Source of the DNA: Ranitomeya imitator
Lineage: Eukaryota
NCBI RefSeq assembly: GCF_032444005.1
Contig: NC_091285.1
Coordinates: forward strand, 22,134,001 to 22,198,000
Reading direction: 5' to 3'
DNA length: 64,000 nt
The translations under genes and the position numbers were made by a program. The number at the start of each line of letters is the position of its first letter. Positions within the stretch are counted from its first letter, which is position 1. Below, one piece after another: positions 1 to 12,319 of the stretch. The notes beneath the pieces were generated by a model, which was given only the letters and a program-made list of their open reading frames with translations, did no database searches and was not told the origin of the DNA.

Positions 1-646
1 CCTCCACCCGATATATCTACCCTATGCCTCAATTATCAGGATCCCTCTCTACTTTTTCCGCCCTCATGGTACCATCAAAGCTTCAGATGAGCATTAGTCT
101 ACACGTAACAGTCAAAAATTTACATAAACAAAAATCTCTTCTTCATCCAGACAAATAAATACACAAGCAGCCATTCGCGTCATCGTCTTCACTCCCACCA
201 TCCATCAGACACAGTGAATAATAATATTGTACAATCTCATCCAATGTCAGAGCCAAGGACACATTGACAGAGGAGCAAGAAACGCGTTACATGTTTTCGG
301 AATCGGCCAAATGTCCTCATTTGAAAACCAAATTTCAGATACAAATTAAGTCATCAGGATAAACAATGACATGGGCGAAACCAAGATGTCAGCCAACTGG
401 TTGATGAGGGATAAACATGGACATTCTTACATCATGCCCTAAACGCATTTCGGTCTACAGCTGTCTTCGACTTGAATGATTTATCCCATTGTATGCTTGA
501 TCGCGTGGAGAGGTTTAGGGCCAAATGGCAGACACTTTACAATAATGACATGAATCTTTGGCAAATCAAGAGGAGCCAGAGATTGTTACATGTCTGCCAT
601 AGAAGGAAAGAACGATGATAGTATAAAGCTAAGCCGGAAGAGAAAG

Positions 647-1505
647 GATAAGTAATGTAATGTATGTACACAGTGACTGCACCAGCAGAATAGTGAGTGC
701 AGCTCTGGGGTATAATACAGGATGTAACTCAGGATCAGTAATGTAATGTATGTACACAGTGACTGCACCAGCAGAATAGTGAGTGCAGCTCTGGAGTATA
801 ATACAGGAGGTAACTCAGGATCAGTAATGTAATGTATGTACACAGTGACTGCACCAGCAGAATAGTGAGTGCAGCTCTGGAGTATAATACAGGATGTAAC
901 TCAGGATCAGTAATGTAATGTATGTACACAGTGACTGCACCAGCAGAATAGTGAGTGCAGCTGTGGAGTATAATACAGGATATAACTCAGGATCAGTAAT
1001 GTAATGTATGTACACAGTGACTGCACCAGCAGAATAGTGAGTGCAGCTCTGGGGTATAATACAGGATGTAACTCAGGATCAGTAATGTAATGTATGTACA
1101 CAGTGACTGCACCAGCAGAATAGTGAGTGCAGCTGTGGAGTATAATACAGGATGTAACTCAGGATCAGTAATGTAATGTATGTACACAGTGACTGCACCA
1201 GCAGAATAGTGAGTGCAGCTCTGGGGTATAATACAGGATGTAACTCAGGATCAGTAATGTAATGTATGTACACAGTGACTGCACCAGCAGAATAGGGAGT
1301 GCAGCTCTTGGGTATAATACAGGATGTAACTCAGGATCAGTAATGTAATGTATGTACACAGTGACTGCACCAGCAGAATAGTGAGTGCAGCTCTGGGGTA
1401 TAATACAGGATGTAACTCATGATCAGTAATGTCATGTATGTACACAGTGACTGCACCAGCAGAATAGTGAGTGCAGCTCTAGAATTAGTACAAGATAAGT
1501 AATGT
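647..1505. repeat. 86-bp tandem repeat array (~10 copies)
   Basis: Unit AGTAATGTAATGTATGTACACAGTGACTGCACCAGCAGAATAGTGAGTGCAGCTCTGG...CAGGATC. The ORF track recurs every 86 nt. Confidence 0.95.
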
Positions 1506-3424
1506 TTTTTACAAAGTCCAACATGCCCGCTCCCTACAAATTACATAGGCAGAAGGTCCTATTGAAATCAGCACGCTCGGACAACTTTTGTGTAATATGT
1601 TTCAGACCCTCCGTCCCCCTCGTTTGGCCTCTTACTTGGACATCCTTCAGCTGACACTCATCTCCTACTTTTGAATATCAGTTTTCTAAGCTTTTTCTAA
1701 TGATTTTTAGACAAACCATACACCAACGTTCTGTCATGAGGCTTATTCTGAAGGACACGTTCTGAGCCCGTAAAACCTCAGTCACCGGAGAGGACGTGTT
1801 TGAAGATTGTCAGACATTTCCTTTGAGTTTGCTCTTAGATGCAGGTGTTCAAAGGGTTTTGTGTCCTTGTCATTCACTTTGGCTTCAAAGAAGCCACCGT
1901 CATCTAATCTGGAGTAATGGCTGACCGTTTAGGACAAGTGGTTGTTTTGAAATTTGTGATCAAAGCCCGAAAAGAAAAAATAGGTTTTGACTTAACAATA
2001 AAGGAAAACTTCCCAAAATCAGGACCTTCAGAACAAGAGATAAAGCAGATGGAGAAAAACTGTCTGAACGAGGGATGTTCCTAAAAAAAAGTGTTTTCGA
2101 AATTTCGAGAAACAAATTTTAAAGGCCACCATCATGAAAGCCACTTTTACAGTCTAGGAACTTATATATACAAGTCCCCCAAAATCCTCTGCAAATCCCT
2201 CAAAATTCCTCTATAATTCCCCCCATATGGTGCCGTCCGGTCCAATGTCTCCTCTCTCCTCATCCTCCTTCCCTTATTCCTACAGATGCTTTGAAAAGTC
2301 TCAGAAAAGTTTTTTTTTTCAACCTTGTGATTGGACTGCAGCAAAAAAAAAAGTGAGCAAAATGCCGACCAATGTAAAACTAACAGAGAGGGATTTTTTT
2401 ATTACGAGGTTTTGGAGCAGAAACTCTCAAAATCCTTCTTGACAATTCAAGACCCCTCAAGATCTTGGAGGATCTGCTCAGTTTCTGCTGCGAAAAGTCT
2501 GATAAAAGGCTCCATGTGCAGATAAAGTTAGGGTACGTACACACAACGTCTTTCTCCCGGAATTCGCGTGATGACGTACCGTCCCGTAAAATGACATTGC
2601 TGTGCACATGTTCCATCTTACATCACTTCTTCGACAACCTCGGAGCGGCTTAAAGAAGTGACGGCCGCCGGGGAAGGAGTCTTTTTTTGCCGACTTTTCA
2701 GAACAAAAACTGAGATTTGGACATTCTATGCCCAGTTTCTCCTAAGTTTCTGTTCCAAAAACTCCTGGAAAAACTCAACTTTTTCAGGCGGATTTCTTGT
2801 GGATCTTAGTCAAACACCAAAAGCTCCAGGTTTTCGAGAAGTCTTGATTTTTTTAGGAGACTTTGCGCACCAAAAACTCTTAAAAAAAGTGTGAAACTCA
2901 CAAGTTTATCAAGAGGAAGACATTTTGAAGCTTTTTTTTGCCGACTTTTCAGAACAGAAACTGAGCAGAAACTCATAACTCATAAGTTTTTAAGACGTTA
3001 AGGAGACGTTAAGGAGAAATGTTTCCCCTTAGACTTCATTAAACTATGGAAACTTTTGCAAAATTGCCCCAGCAATGACTTCCATGGAGAGCTGAGGACT
3101 AGCGGTCAGACAGCCCCATATTAAACATGATGTGGACATCCGCCATATAATTCCTCTGCAGAAAGAATATAAGCTCTGGCTGATAGAGAGGAGAATCATC
3201 ATCAGGAAATGCGATATTGGTTAAATGAGGTTTTTATGTTACATGGTAAAGTTATCTTCCCATATTCCTCTGAATAAAGAAAAAGTGTTATTTTCCCTCT
3301 GGAATAATAGACACACTTCCTGTTCTGATCAGAAGACCATAAGACTTTTCCGCAGTTTCATTATCGTCAAAGACAGGATTATAAAAATGATAAAATCTCT
3401 TTATAGAGCAGAAACACAATTCTC

Positions 3425-3865
3425 AATAGGTGATGTCACAGCTCACCTCCTCTTCCTCCTGTACAATGACTGATAACACCTCTATATACAGTAGATAACA
3501 CAGGATCCACCATTCACAATAGGTGATGTCACAGCTCACCTCCTCCTCCTGTACAATGACTGATAACACCTCTATATACAGTAGATAACACAGGATCCAC
3601 CATTCACAATAGGTGATGTCACAGCTCACCTCCTCTTCCTCCTGTACAATGACTGATAACACCTCTATATACAGTAGATAACACAGGATCCACCATTCAC
3701 AATAGGTGATGTCACAGCTCACCTCCTCCTCCTGTACAATGACTGATAACAGTTCTATATACAGTAGATAACACAGGATCCACCATTCACAATAGGTGAT
3801 GTCACAGCTCACCTCCTCCTCCTGTACAATGACTGATAACACCTCTATATACAGTAGATATCACA
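3425..3865. repeat. 90/93-bp tandem repeat (~5 copies)
   Basis: AATAGGTGATG starts at 3425, 3518, 3608, 3701 and 3791. Confidence 0.95.
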
Positions 3866-4924
3866 GTTTGGTGTGAGGATTAGTGGGGGCGCAGTCAGTT
3901 CCCGGTGAAATCTGGTGAGTTATGCTCCTCGGTGAGATCATCGGCAGATCCTGACCTCTGACCTCTGGATGTCGCCTATATGGTGGGAGCTGATGTCAGA
4001 TTATCTAATCTTGTCAGGTTCTTGGAAGTCGCACATGAAGATCTGGAATAAAAATCTCACATCTGGCTGAATGTATAATCCACTCTCCATCCAGAAACCC
4101 TCCCGAAAACCCACACTCACCTAATACTTCTCACAGCTGAGGGTTTGCTACAGTTGTATCCAATGTAGAAAATCCTCCATGAGCTAAAGAGACGCTCAGA
4201 TATCTTGGAATGATGGTTTGTTACAATGTATCAGTGCAAGCAAAAGAGTTCTGGACTGGAGTCCACTCTGTAAAGCTGATATTGGAGCAAATTCTCAGCT
4301 CTGAGAAGGATCGGGCTCCATTCTGGATATAAATAAGATGGTTCCCATTCACTGACAGCAAGAAGAGATCCTGAAAATTAAGATTTAAAGCATACTGTGC
4401 CGAAACGTCATCAGAAAAATCTCACAGCTGAGGGTTTGCTGCAGTTGTATCCAGTGTGGAAAATCCTCTGATCAGTAGAAGAAAATCTATATACAGTATA
4501 TATATCAATCCTATAGGAACAGGTGATGCCCTAAGGTGTAACACTTGGGGCGAGGAAGTCTCCAGCTCTGGACCTACAGTGTTATTCACACACCAGGTGT
4601 AAACAAACGAGAACCTGACAACTTCCTCCGGTTCCTGCACCACTTGTCACAGATCTGCGCCGGCTGCTCAGATTTTCCATTACTTTATTGAGACTGAATG
4701 TTACAAGGAATCTACGACCCGGCCCCGAGTCATCCTCCAGCTCCAGTCTCCGATGTCACAGAATTCTAAATTATCCCGAAATATCGGACGCTGTTTTGAT
4801 TGTCCGCATCCATATTTTTTTTTTCTCACACCCTTCAGATTTCGGGCTGAAATCGCAGCATGTAGAATAAATATACAGATCTGCACTGATTCAATGATTT
4901 TTTTTATCGGATTGCACTCGTCCA

Positions 4925-5149
4925 TAGGGTTGAGCGAAACGGATCGTTCATTTTCAAAAGTCGCCGACTTTTGGCAAAGTCGGGTTTCATGAAACCCGAC
5001 CCAATCCGTGTGTGGGGTCGGCCATGTGGTACGCGACTTTCGCGCCAAAGTCGCGTTTCGTATGACGCGCTTGGTGCCATTTTTTCAGCCAATGAAGGAG
5101 CGTGGGCAGAGTGATGACATAGGTCTTAGGGGCGTGGACGCCTATCGCC

Positions 5150-5191
<42 letters not shown>

Positions 5192-5346
5192 AAAAATATC
5201 CCATTGACTTTGCATTGGGTTTCGTGTTTCGGTCGATCCCCGACTTTTCGCCATAATCGGCCGATTTCACTCGACTCGACTTTTGAGATAGTCGAGTTTC
5301 GCGAAACCCGACTCGACCCTAAAAAAGTAAAAGTTGCTCAACCCTA
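4925..5346. mobile_element. MITE-like element with short terminal inverted repeats and an internal (GA)n tract (5154-5186)
   Basis: TAGGGTTGAGCGA at the left end and TTGCTCAACCCTA at the right end (1 mismatch). Confidence 0.65.
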
Positions 5347-8300
5347 CTCGTCCAAGTTATTCGCCAGTGTGAGCGAGCCCTTAAAAAAAATGAAGAATTA
5401 TCTAACTATTAACTATCTATTATCTGTCTACCTTTCCTTGTTGCATGTCCCACCCAATAAAATGTAGGTCAAGCCCCAAACTGCCTCAAAACTTATTCCC
5501 ATTACACCTCCATAATAGTAACAGCCTTGTTGCTGTCGAGGAAGCGACATGATGCCTGCACAACACTGTCAGCCGCAGCACCCCAGGATAGTGCCAGCCA
5601 TTGTGCCCCAGAATAGTGCCAGCCATAGTGCCCCAGAGTAGTGCCAGCCACAGCGCCCCAGAGTAGTGCCAGCCATTGTGCCCATGAATATTGAAGGCAA
5701 CAATGCCCTCCAAGCTATATGTCTCCGCTGTCACAGTTCCGGTAGCTCTACTGTATTACATGGTCCTACAGGAGCTCAATCATCTTAATAATACAGTAGG
5801 AGATATCCTAGGAGACACCCCGGGGCCTCTTATAAATCTAATCAATGATGACGACTGGCGAGAGGATAAAATCATAATAAACGTTTTAGAAAGCCTGTGT
5901 GTAATCACTACCTGAAGGCCTCGCTCCTCCCAAAAATATGACTTTCTTTGAAGATAAGTTAAGTTTCTCTGTAACTTTTTGATGAAGTCTTTTGGTGCCA
6001 GAGGGACTTGAGAAACGTGACCCACTGAACTGTCAAGTGTTCCTCACTTTTTTCTTTTACAGGATCTTCTAAGGGTCTTTGATGTGAGGACAGGATGTAA
6101 ACTGACACTTAAACCTGCCTTTAATTTCCCCCCTCAGTCAAGCACTCAATTTCCGCAGGCATTGATGGTCCAGGCTCTATAAACAGTAGTCAGCAGGAGA
6201 TATTCATCACACAGTCCCCTGAATAGCCATTAATTGTAATTAAGTGGGAAGATTGTCATCATCAAGGAGAAGAAAATACTCAAGATGAACCTTAATTGTA
6301 TGTCAGCCATATTACCAGAAGGGTAGAGGTTTTGACAAATTAGTAGTTGACCAGATCCCAGGTGAGGCTGACAGAAATGACGTATAAGTGTCTCCAAAAA
6401 TTGGTCATAGTTGTCAGCAATTCATGGACGTTTATTGCCCCGGTTAAACAAATAATTTTGTCGTTAATTAGCGACTAGGACATGTGTTCCTTTTATTAGT
6501 AGTCTTCTTTTAAGTACGGACAGTTGTCAGGCTGATGCAAAAGGCGGTCGTTTCGACCATTCTAGTGGTGGGTTCTTCTAAGTCAACCTAGTCTTGGTGG
6601 ACCATTCTAGTTGAGATGGTGGTTTCTTTTAAGTCAACCAAGTCTTGGTGGATCATTCTAGTTGGGGTGGTTTGTTCTTTTAAGTTAACTAAGTCTTGGT
6701 GGACCATTCTAGTTGAGGTGGTGGGTTCTTCTAAGTCAACCTAGTCTTATTAGAGAACCAGGTTGACAAGATAACCATAAGTGAAAGACAGTTACCTATT
6801 TTGCGGTAAAATTGAGGAACTCATTAAATTGTCTTCTCAAGATGGTCATGGACAATCCAAAGATTGCAGAATGATGTATCCATATGTGGGGCTGGATCAC
6901 CTTTGGTAAAGCTAATAGGGATTTTCAAGGAGATCAAGCAGAAGAAAATACTTTAGGTGGACCACAACTGAATATTTGCCATACTTCTAGAAAGTTGGTT
7001 TTGACGAACTAGCACTAGATCAGATTATAGCTGAGACAGACAGAGATGACATATAGGTGGCACCAAAATTAGGTATAATTGTTACCAGTTCCTGGATGTT
7101 TATTGCCCTGGTAAAAAAAAAGCCATGTCTTTATTAGAAATCTTCTGTTTAATACATAGGGTTGTCAAGCTGGTGGCAAAGGTGGTCGTTTGGACAGCTC
7201 TAGTTGAGGTAGTGAATAGCAATTTAATTTTCACTGTCCTTGTCCAGTATCCAGCCCAGTCCTCCCACCATCTCTTGAAAATTACACTAATCACCTTGTC
7301 AACCTGGTTCTTCACTGAGAATAGGATTACTCTGGATGCCGAACCAGTCGAAATGTTTAGTGTTGAGTTAATCTAAGTCAACATATCGGTCTAGAACCAG
7401 GTTGACGGGGTGCTCCATGTAATTCCAGAGAGGACGGTCAGTTACACTTTTTTTTAGTCAGAAGAAGAAACTCAATCAATTGTTTTCTCAAGATGGTCAT
7501 GGACGGCCCAAAGACTGGATATTTATGGAGCTATACAATGGATTGAATCACTGCCAATAGGGAACATAGGGATTTTCAGATATGTGGGAAGATGTCTGAA
7601 GGGATATCTGCCCTTCAACCATCCTAAGACATCGGGGTGGTGCTGGGTATGGAGGAGAGTCAAGTTAACCCAAAAGATATGTCAGCTGATCCTGCCAAAA
7701 TAGGGGTCGATTATCTAATCTGTATGGCTAAAGTAAAGGTAGCCATGGACAAAAGATATATGCTCTCTAAATTTGGAGTCTAAGTTTTTTCATTTTTTAA
7801 GACCAGTCATTCCCTGTTTGTTCTCCGATCAAAAGGTTGAGCCGATGAAAATCTAAGAAGACAGGTGGAGTTTTGGCTAATAGGGTCTTCCAATACTCTG
7901 CGGGAGAAGTTAGACCCCATACACATAACAGCAAACTCATCCAAAGGTGAAGATATTATCAACAACCATTTTACGTGTATGGTGGCCTCCAGACTCTGCC
8001 CCGAGAAGGAGAAAGAGGGAAGGGACATGTTGAATTTAAGCATATAGGTAAGGCTTATGTCCTCATCCCCATTGAAACCAAATGTATGCCTAGTCAAGCC
8101 CAGCATGTTCATGTATGGATCGTCGGGAGGGAGGAGCGTTCAGCAAACAGCTATTGATGATGCATGGATATTTTGAATGGGAGGTCCAGGACTGGCCTGC
8201 TATAGTGTACGGAGTGGTGGTGTCCCAGTTCCGTACACTACCTACTTACAGAAGTCATGGGACCACGGTGTCGAAGCACCACCGATCTGATATTGATGAC

Positions 8301-9969
8301 CTAGTCTCCAATATCTTAAACAACCTTTTTAAGATTCCTGTTATTTGCTGTCATTGATAAGAACCATCATAAGATTCCTCATAACTAGGTCTTATATCCC
8401 AAGGTTTATTGTTGAACCCATCTTGGCAAGACATGAAACGTATTCCTGTAAAGTCCCTTTAATGGCTAATAAGTCATCTTCTGTATGGTCATCTTTCCGT
8501 GAATCCTTCACCAAACCACCAGTGCCTTCCAATGTATCTATCAAGGCTCATTCAGCCATCAGCTATTCCTTCCCACCTTCCCAGACACATGCACACTGTT
8601 TGACAGAGAGTACATGTTTTTTTTAATAGGGAGAGGGGGGATAGACACATTTTTGCCCTTGAGAACAAAATATGCTCAATGCTTCTTTCCCCTAAAAACA
8701 TCCATCAGGGGAGAGTCGGGAGACCCTTGAACACATGAGATAGTCATCCTGTCCTACCAAAGTCGGCACGTTTGTCCTGGGCTTCAAGGCAAAATTTACT
8801 TAATTTGCTAAAATATTGCAGAGGGACTATTGATCCCTTCGGGCCCCAGGTCCACCTTTATTTGGCCCCCAAGAATAAGGAAGACTGTCTGCCATTCTTA
8901 ATGGGATGTAAGTTTGGGACCCTTTTTAATGGCTTTTGCCATAGTATATGCCCATATATTCAGCTGGAAGAAGGGGGGTACCCCATGCATACCCCCCAAT
9001 AGCAGAAATCAACAGATAATACAGTAATAGTAGACTGGACTATGATGATAGCACCAATATTCTGCACCATGGGGTACATAATGCACTGTTGTCAGTCCCT
9101 ATACTAGTATACTGTATATCATGCAAACATATGGAGAATGTTTTTTTTTTTTACATAGGACTGCTAAAACTATGCAATAGCAAACTAAGCTCTGCTACAT
9201 CTGGATGAATAAACATCGTACTGTGTATATATATGCAGCTATACCCAACAGCCCATCACAGGGGCATCGGAAGCCAAGAAATTCCTTTATCCATTAACGA
9301 TGATGATGACGATATTTCCGAATCGCACACTACTCCACTCTGGCACAGAGCGGCAAATGGATGTAGCAGCGCTGAATTTGCTGACTCTTTAGAGTTGCGT
9401 CATTTGTGTGTAGTGATAGATGCAAGACATTGCGCCGTTCAGTTGTGCCAAATGGCCATTTCAGCTCTGCTACATCTCTAAAATTACCAGTGTGAGATTT
9501 TGGAGGCAAAAAAGAAAAGTTCCCATCTTCGCAAACCTCTAGTGATTTTATTTGTCTATCCCATCAAGATAGGTCATAAATACAACTCTTAATACTTAGA
9601 TTGTAAGCTCTTGGGGAAGAGTCGTTTTCCAAATAAACCACCTTGATGCGTTGCAACACTTTAATGGTGAGAGTCTCATGTCACGTGGCTTAGATATTAC
9701 CTGATGTCATTTAGCTGCTATTTCTTGCCATAAATTAGCAAAATTAGTGCAAAAAAGTTCCATTAAAAAAAAAGCTCAAATCCGATAGGTAAAAAAATAA
9801 TCCACAAAAAGTAGAAAATTCCTACTTAACGCACAAGGACAATGGAGACCTCTCGCTGCTCCAAGGAATTTATAAGGATTATTCCCAAGTCCACAAATAA
9901 TAAAATGCCTAATAGAGGTAACTTTAGGGTCCCGCTGTGGGCACGTTTACTACCCCCCTGTGGACTCAC

Positions 9970-10027
9970 CTCTGTGAAGCAGAAAGGGGAGAAGACTCAG
10001 TAGCAGCATCATTTCTGGAAGACTCAT
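9970..10027 (-). CDS. Candidate first coding exon (signal peptide) of a secreted-protein gene, probably fibulin-1
   Basis: ATG-MSLPEMMLLLSLLPFLLHR+G, then a consensus phase-1 donor GTGAGT. It has a hydrophobic core typical of signal peptides. FBLN1 lies downstream of RIBC2 in the same orientation in amniotes. No exon 2 was found in the window, so the identity rests on synteny. Confidence 0.45.
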
Positions 10028-10649
10028 TCTGAAATACAGAAGAAGGAGACCTGGAATTGGGATCAGTCTGAGCTCAGTGTAGGAGGAGCAGGAGGAAAAA
10101 AGAGGAGGCAGGGACATTTCGAAAGCAGCAGGAGAGAGGGCTGCCTCCCTCTCCCAAATCCTCTTCCCTACAAACACTCAAGAGGGATCTGAAGAGGGGG
10201 ACAGAAAGATACACAATGCAAAAGTCACTGCAAAATAACCCCAGAGTGTCAGTGTATGTTTCCTATGATCTACAACTATTAAGTCACTTTCCAAAAAGTT
10301 TCCAAAAAGACTAAGAACTGGTGAGGCAGGGAGCAACCCATCCACCGACTCTAGACCAGACCACATCAGTTTGCATGGATTTTCCCATTCATCACCTGTG
10401 GGCACTGCAAAAATCTCCAAACCACCCTTCAGCTGGTAATTATTGCCACATAGAGAAAAACTGGATCGGAGTACGACCCCCAAATTATTTAACTCTACCC
10501 CAGAGTCACAGATACATCCATTAGAGGAAAGTGAAAAATAAAAAAGGAAGGTAGCACTCCATAGATTCCAAGGTGAAAAAAGTGGATTTTATTCAGACCC
10601 ACATAGCATGGCGACATTTCATCTCACACTGAGCCTTTCGCCAATCTCC

Positions 10650-11290
10650 AATATCTATTAGCTATCTATTATCTATTGATCTATTTATCTATTATCTATC
10701 TATTAATCTATCTATAATNNNNNNNNNNNNNNNNNNNNNNNNNNNNNNNNNNNNNNNNNNNNNNNNNNNNNNNNNNNNNNNNNNNNNNNNNNNNNNNNNN
10801 NNNNNNNNNNNNNNNNNNNNNNNNNNNNNNNNNNNNNNNNNNNNNNNNNNNNNNNNNNNNNNNNNNNNNNNNNNNNNNNNNNNNNNNTATCTATCTCTCT
10901 ATTATCTATCTATTATCTANNNNNNNNNNNNNNNNNNNNNNNNNNNNNNNNNNNNNNNNNNNNNNNNNNNNNNNNNNNNNNNNNNNNNNNNNNNNNNNNN
11001 NNNNNNNNNNNNNNNNNNNNNNNNNNNNNNNNNNNNNNNNNNNNNNNNNNNNNNNNNNNNNNNNNNNNNNNNNNNNNNNNNNNNNNNNNNNNNNNNNNNN
11101 NNNNNNNNNNNNNNNNNNNNNNNNNNNNNNNNNNNNNNNNNNNNNNNNNNNNNNNNNNNNNNNNNNNNNNNNNNNNNNNNNNNNNNNNNNNNNNNNNNNN
11201 NNNNNNNNNNNNNNNNNNNNNNNNNNNNNNNNNNNNNNNNNNNNNNNNNNNNNNNNNNATCTTTCTTTCTCTTTCGTTCTTTCTCTCTAT
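10650..11290. other. Two N runs (10719-10887, 10920-11258) within a TCTA/TATC microsatellite
   Basis: N characters flanked and separated by (tcta)n-like sequence. Confidence 0.95.
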
Positions 11291-12319
11291 CTAAACATCT
11301 AGTCAGTTCTTCTGTTTTTTGAACACATCACAAGTGATTCAGATTCTTTCTTCTTCCCCCATCTTGGATCCCTTCTTTTAGTTCAGAATGGAGAACGTAC
11401 TCCCACTGATCTTGATTTGGCTGCACTTTTCCAAAAGTAGCAGGGACTCCGCTTATAACCTGGACCCCAAAATCCGCATTGTGAATTATGGCCCAATTGG
11501 GGATATTCCTGTCATCCCTGGGGGTCCATGACTGACAGCTGCTGTCTACTTTTTCTATGAGGTGAAGTCTACCCATTCCACCCTGAAGACCATATGTGCT
11601 GTAGAGGCTCCCCATGATGCAGCCGGTATGAGCCGGGCCCAGGTTGGCCGTATACCTCATTACAATGGGTGGTGATCCCCTCTACCTGCCAACCCGCACC
11701 ACGTCCTTCTGCCCCATAGGGTTAGGGGGGTGGTAATGGTAACCATCTCAAGGCAGGGGTCCAATTACCCATTTCCTATGGCCCCCTCCTCACCTCCATG
11801 TTGACCACAAGTCTCAAGTGACTAAGAAATGAAATCTTTGCGATTCCAAACCCCCCATGAGACCCCGAGCTGCTGTTTGTGTCTCCATAGGTGGTAGCCC
11901 CTCTTTATAATCGGCGACCCTGGCAGAGAGCGCCGGCATGGCTTCTGTGTTAGGACTGAATGTGCAAATAGTCTCCGGGCTCTGGAGCAAGATTTAATTC
12001 ACTCAAGCTGTTTCCGTGTGGAGTTTGTGACTTCAGCTTTGCCCTCACTTGAAATGCGGCCTGGAATTTACTACCCACCGGCCGAGCGGAATCACGTGTG
12101 GGACATTTCTGGTGCCACAGACGAGGACCGATGGCAGCGACAATAGCCGTAAGGTTAGGTCAGGAAATATTGACAGAAATACCCAAAAATGTGACGGAAA
12201 ATATTTCAATCTGTGGAAAATGTAAAGAAGATTTTTATGGAGGAGATTTCTGCTCCTAACGAGGGCTGAGTGATGATATAACAAGATGATCGCTGCTCGT
12301 CTAAAAGGCTCTTTTACAT

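Noticed and set aside
586-1445. Eight near-identical 64-aa ORFs
   Set aside because: They only reflect the 86-bp tandem unit.
651-1500. CRISPR-like regular repeats (also at 3425-3865 and 19650-20295)
   Set aside because: Units are head-to-tail with no unique spacers, the context is eukaryotic, and there are no cas genes.
11328-12300. 110-aa ORF and GC-richer segment suggestive of a retroviral remnant
   Set aside because: No gag, pol or env motif was recognisable in the frames I translated.
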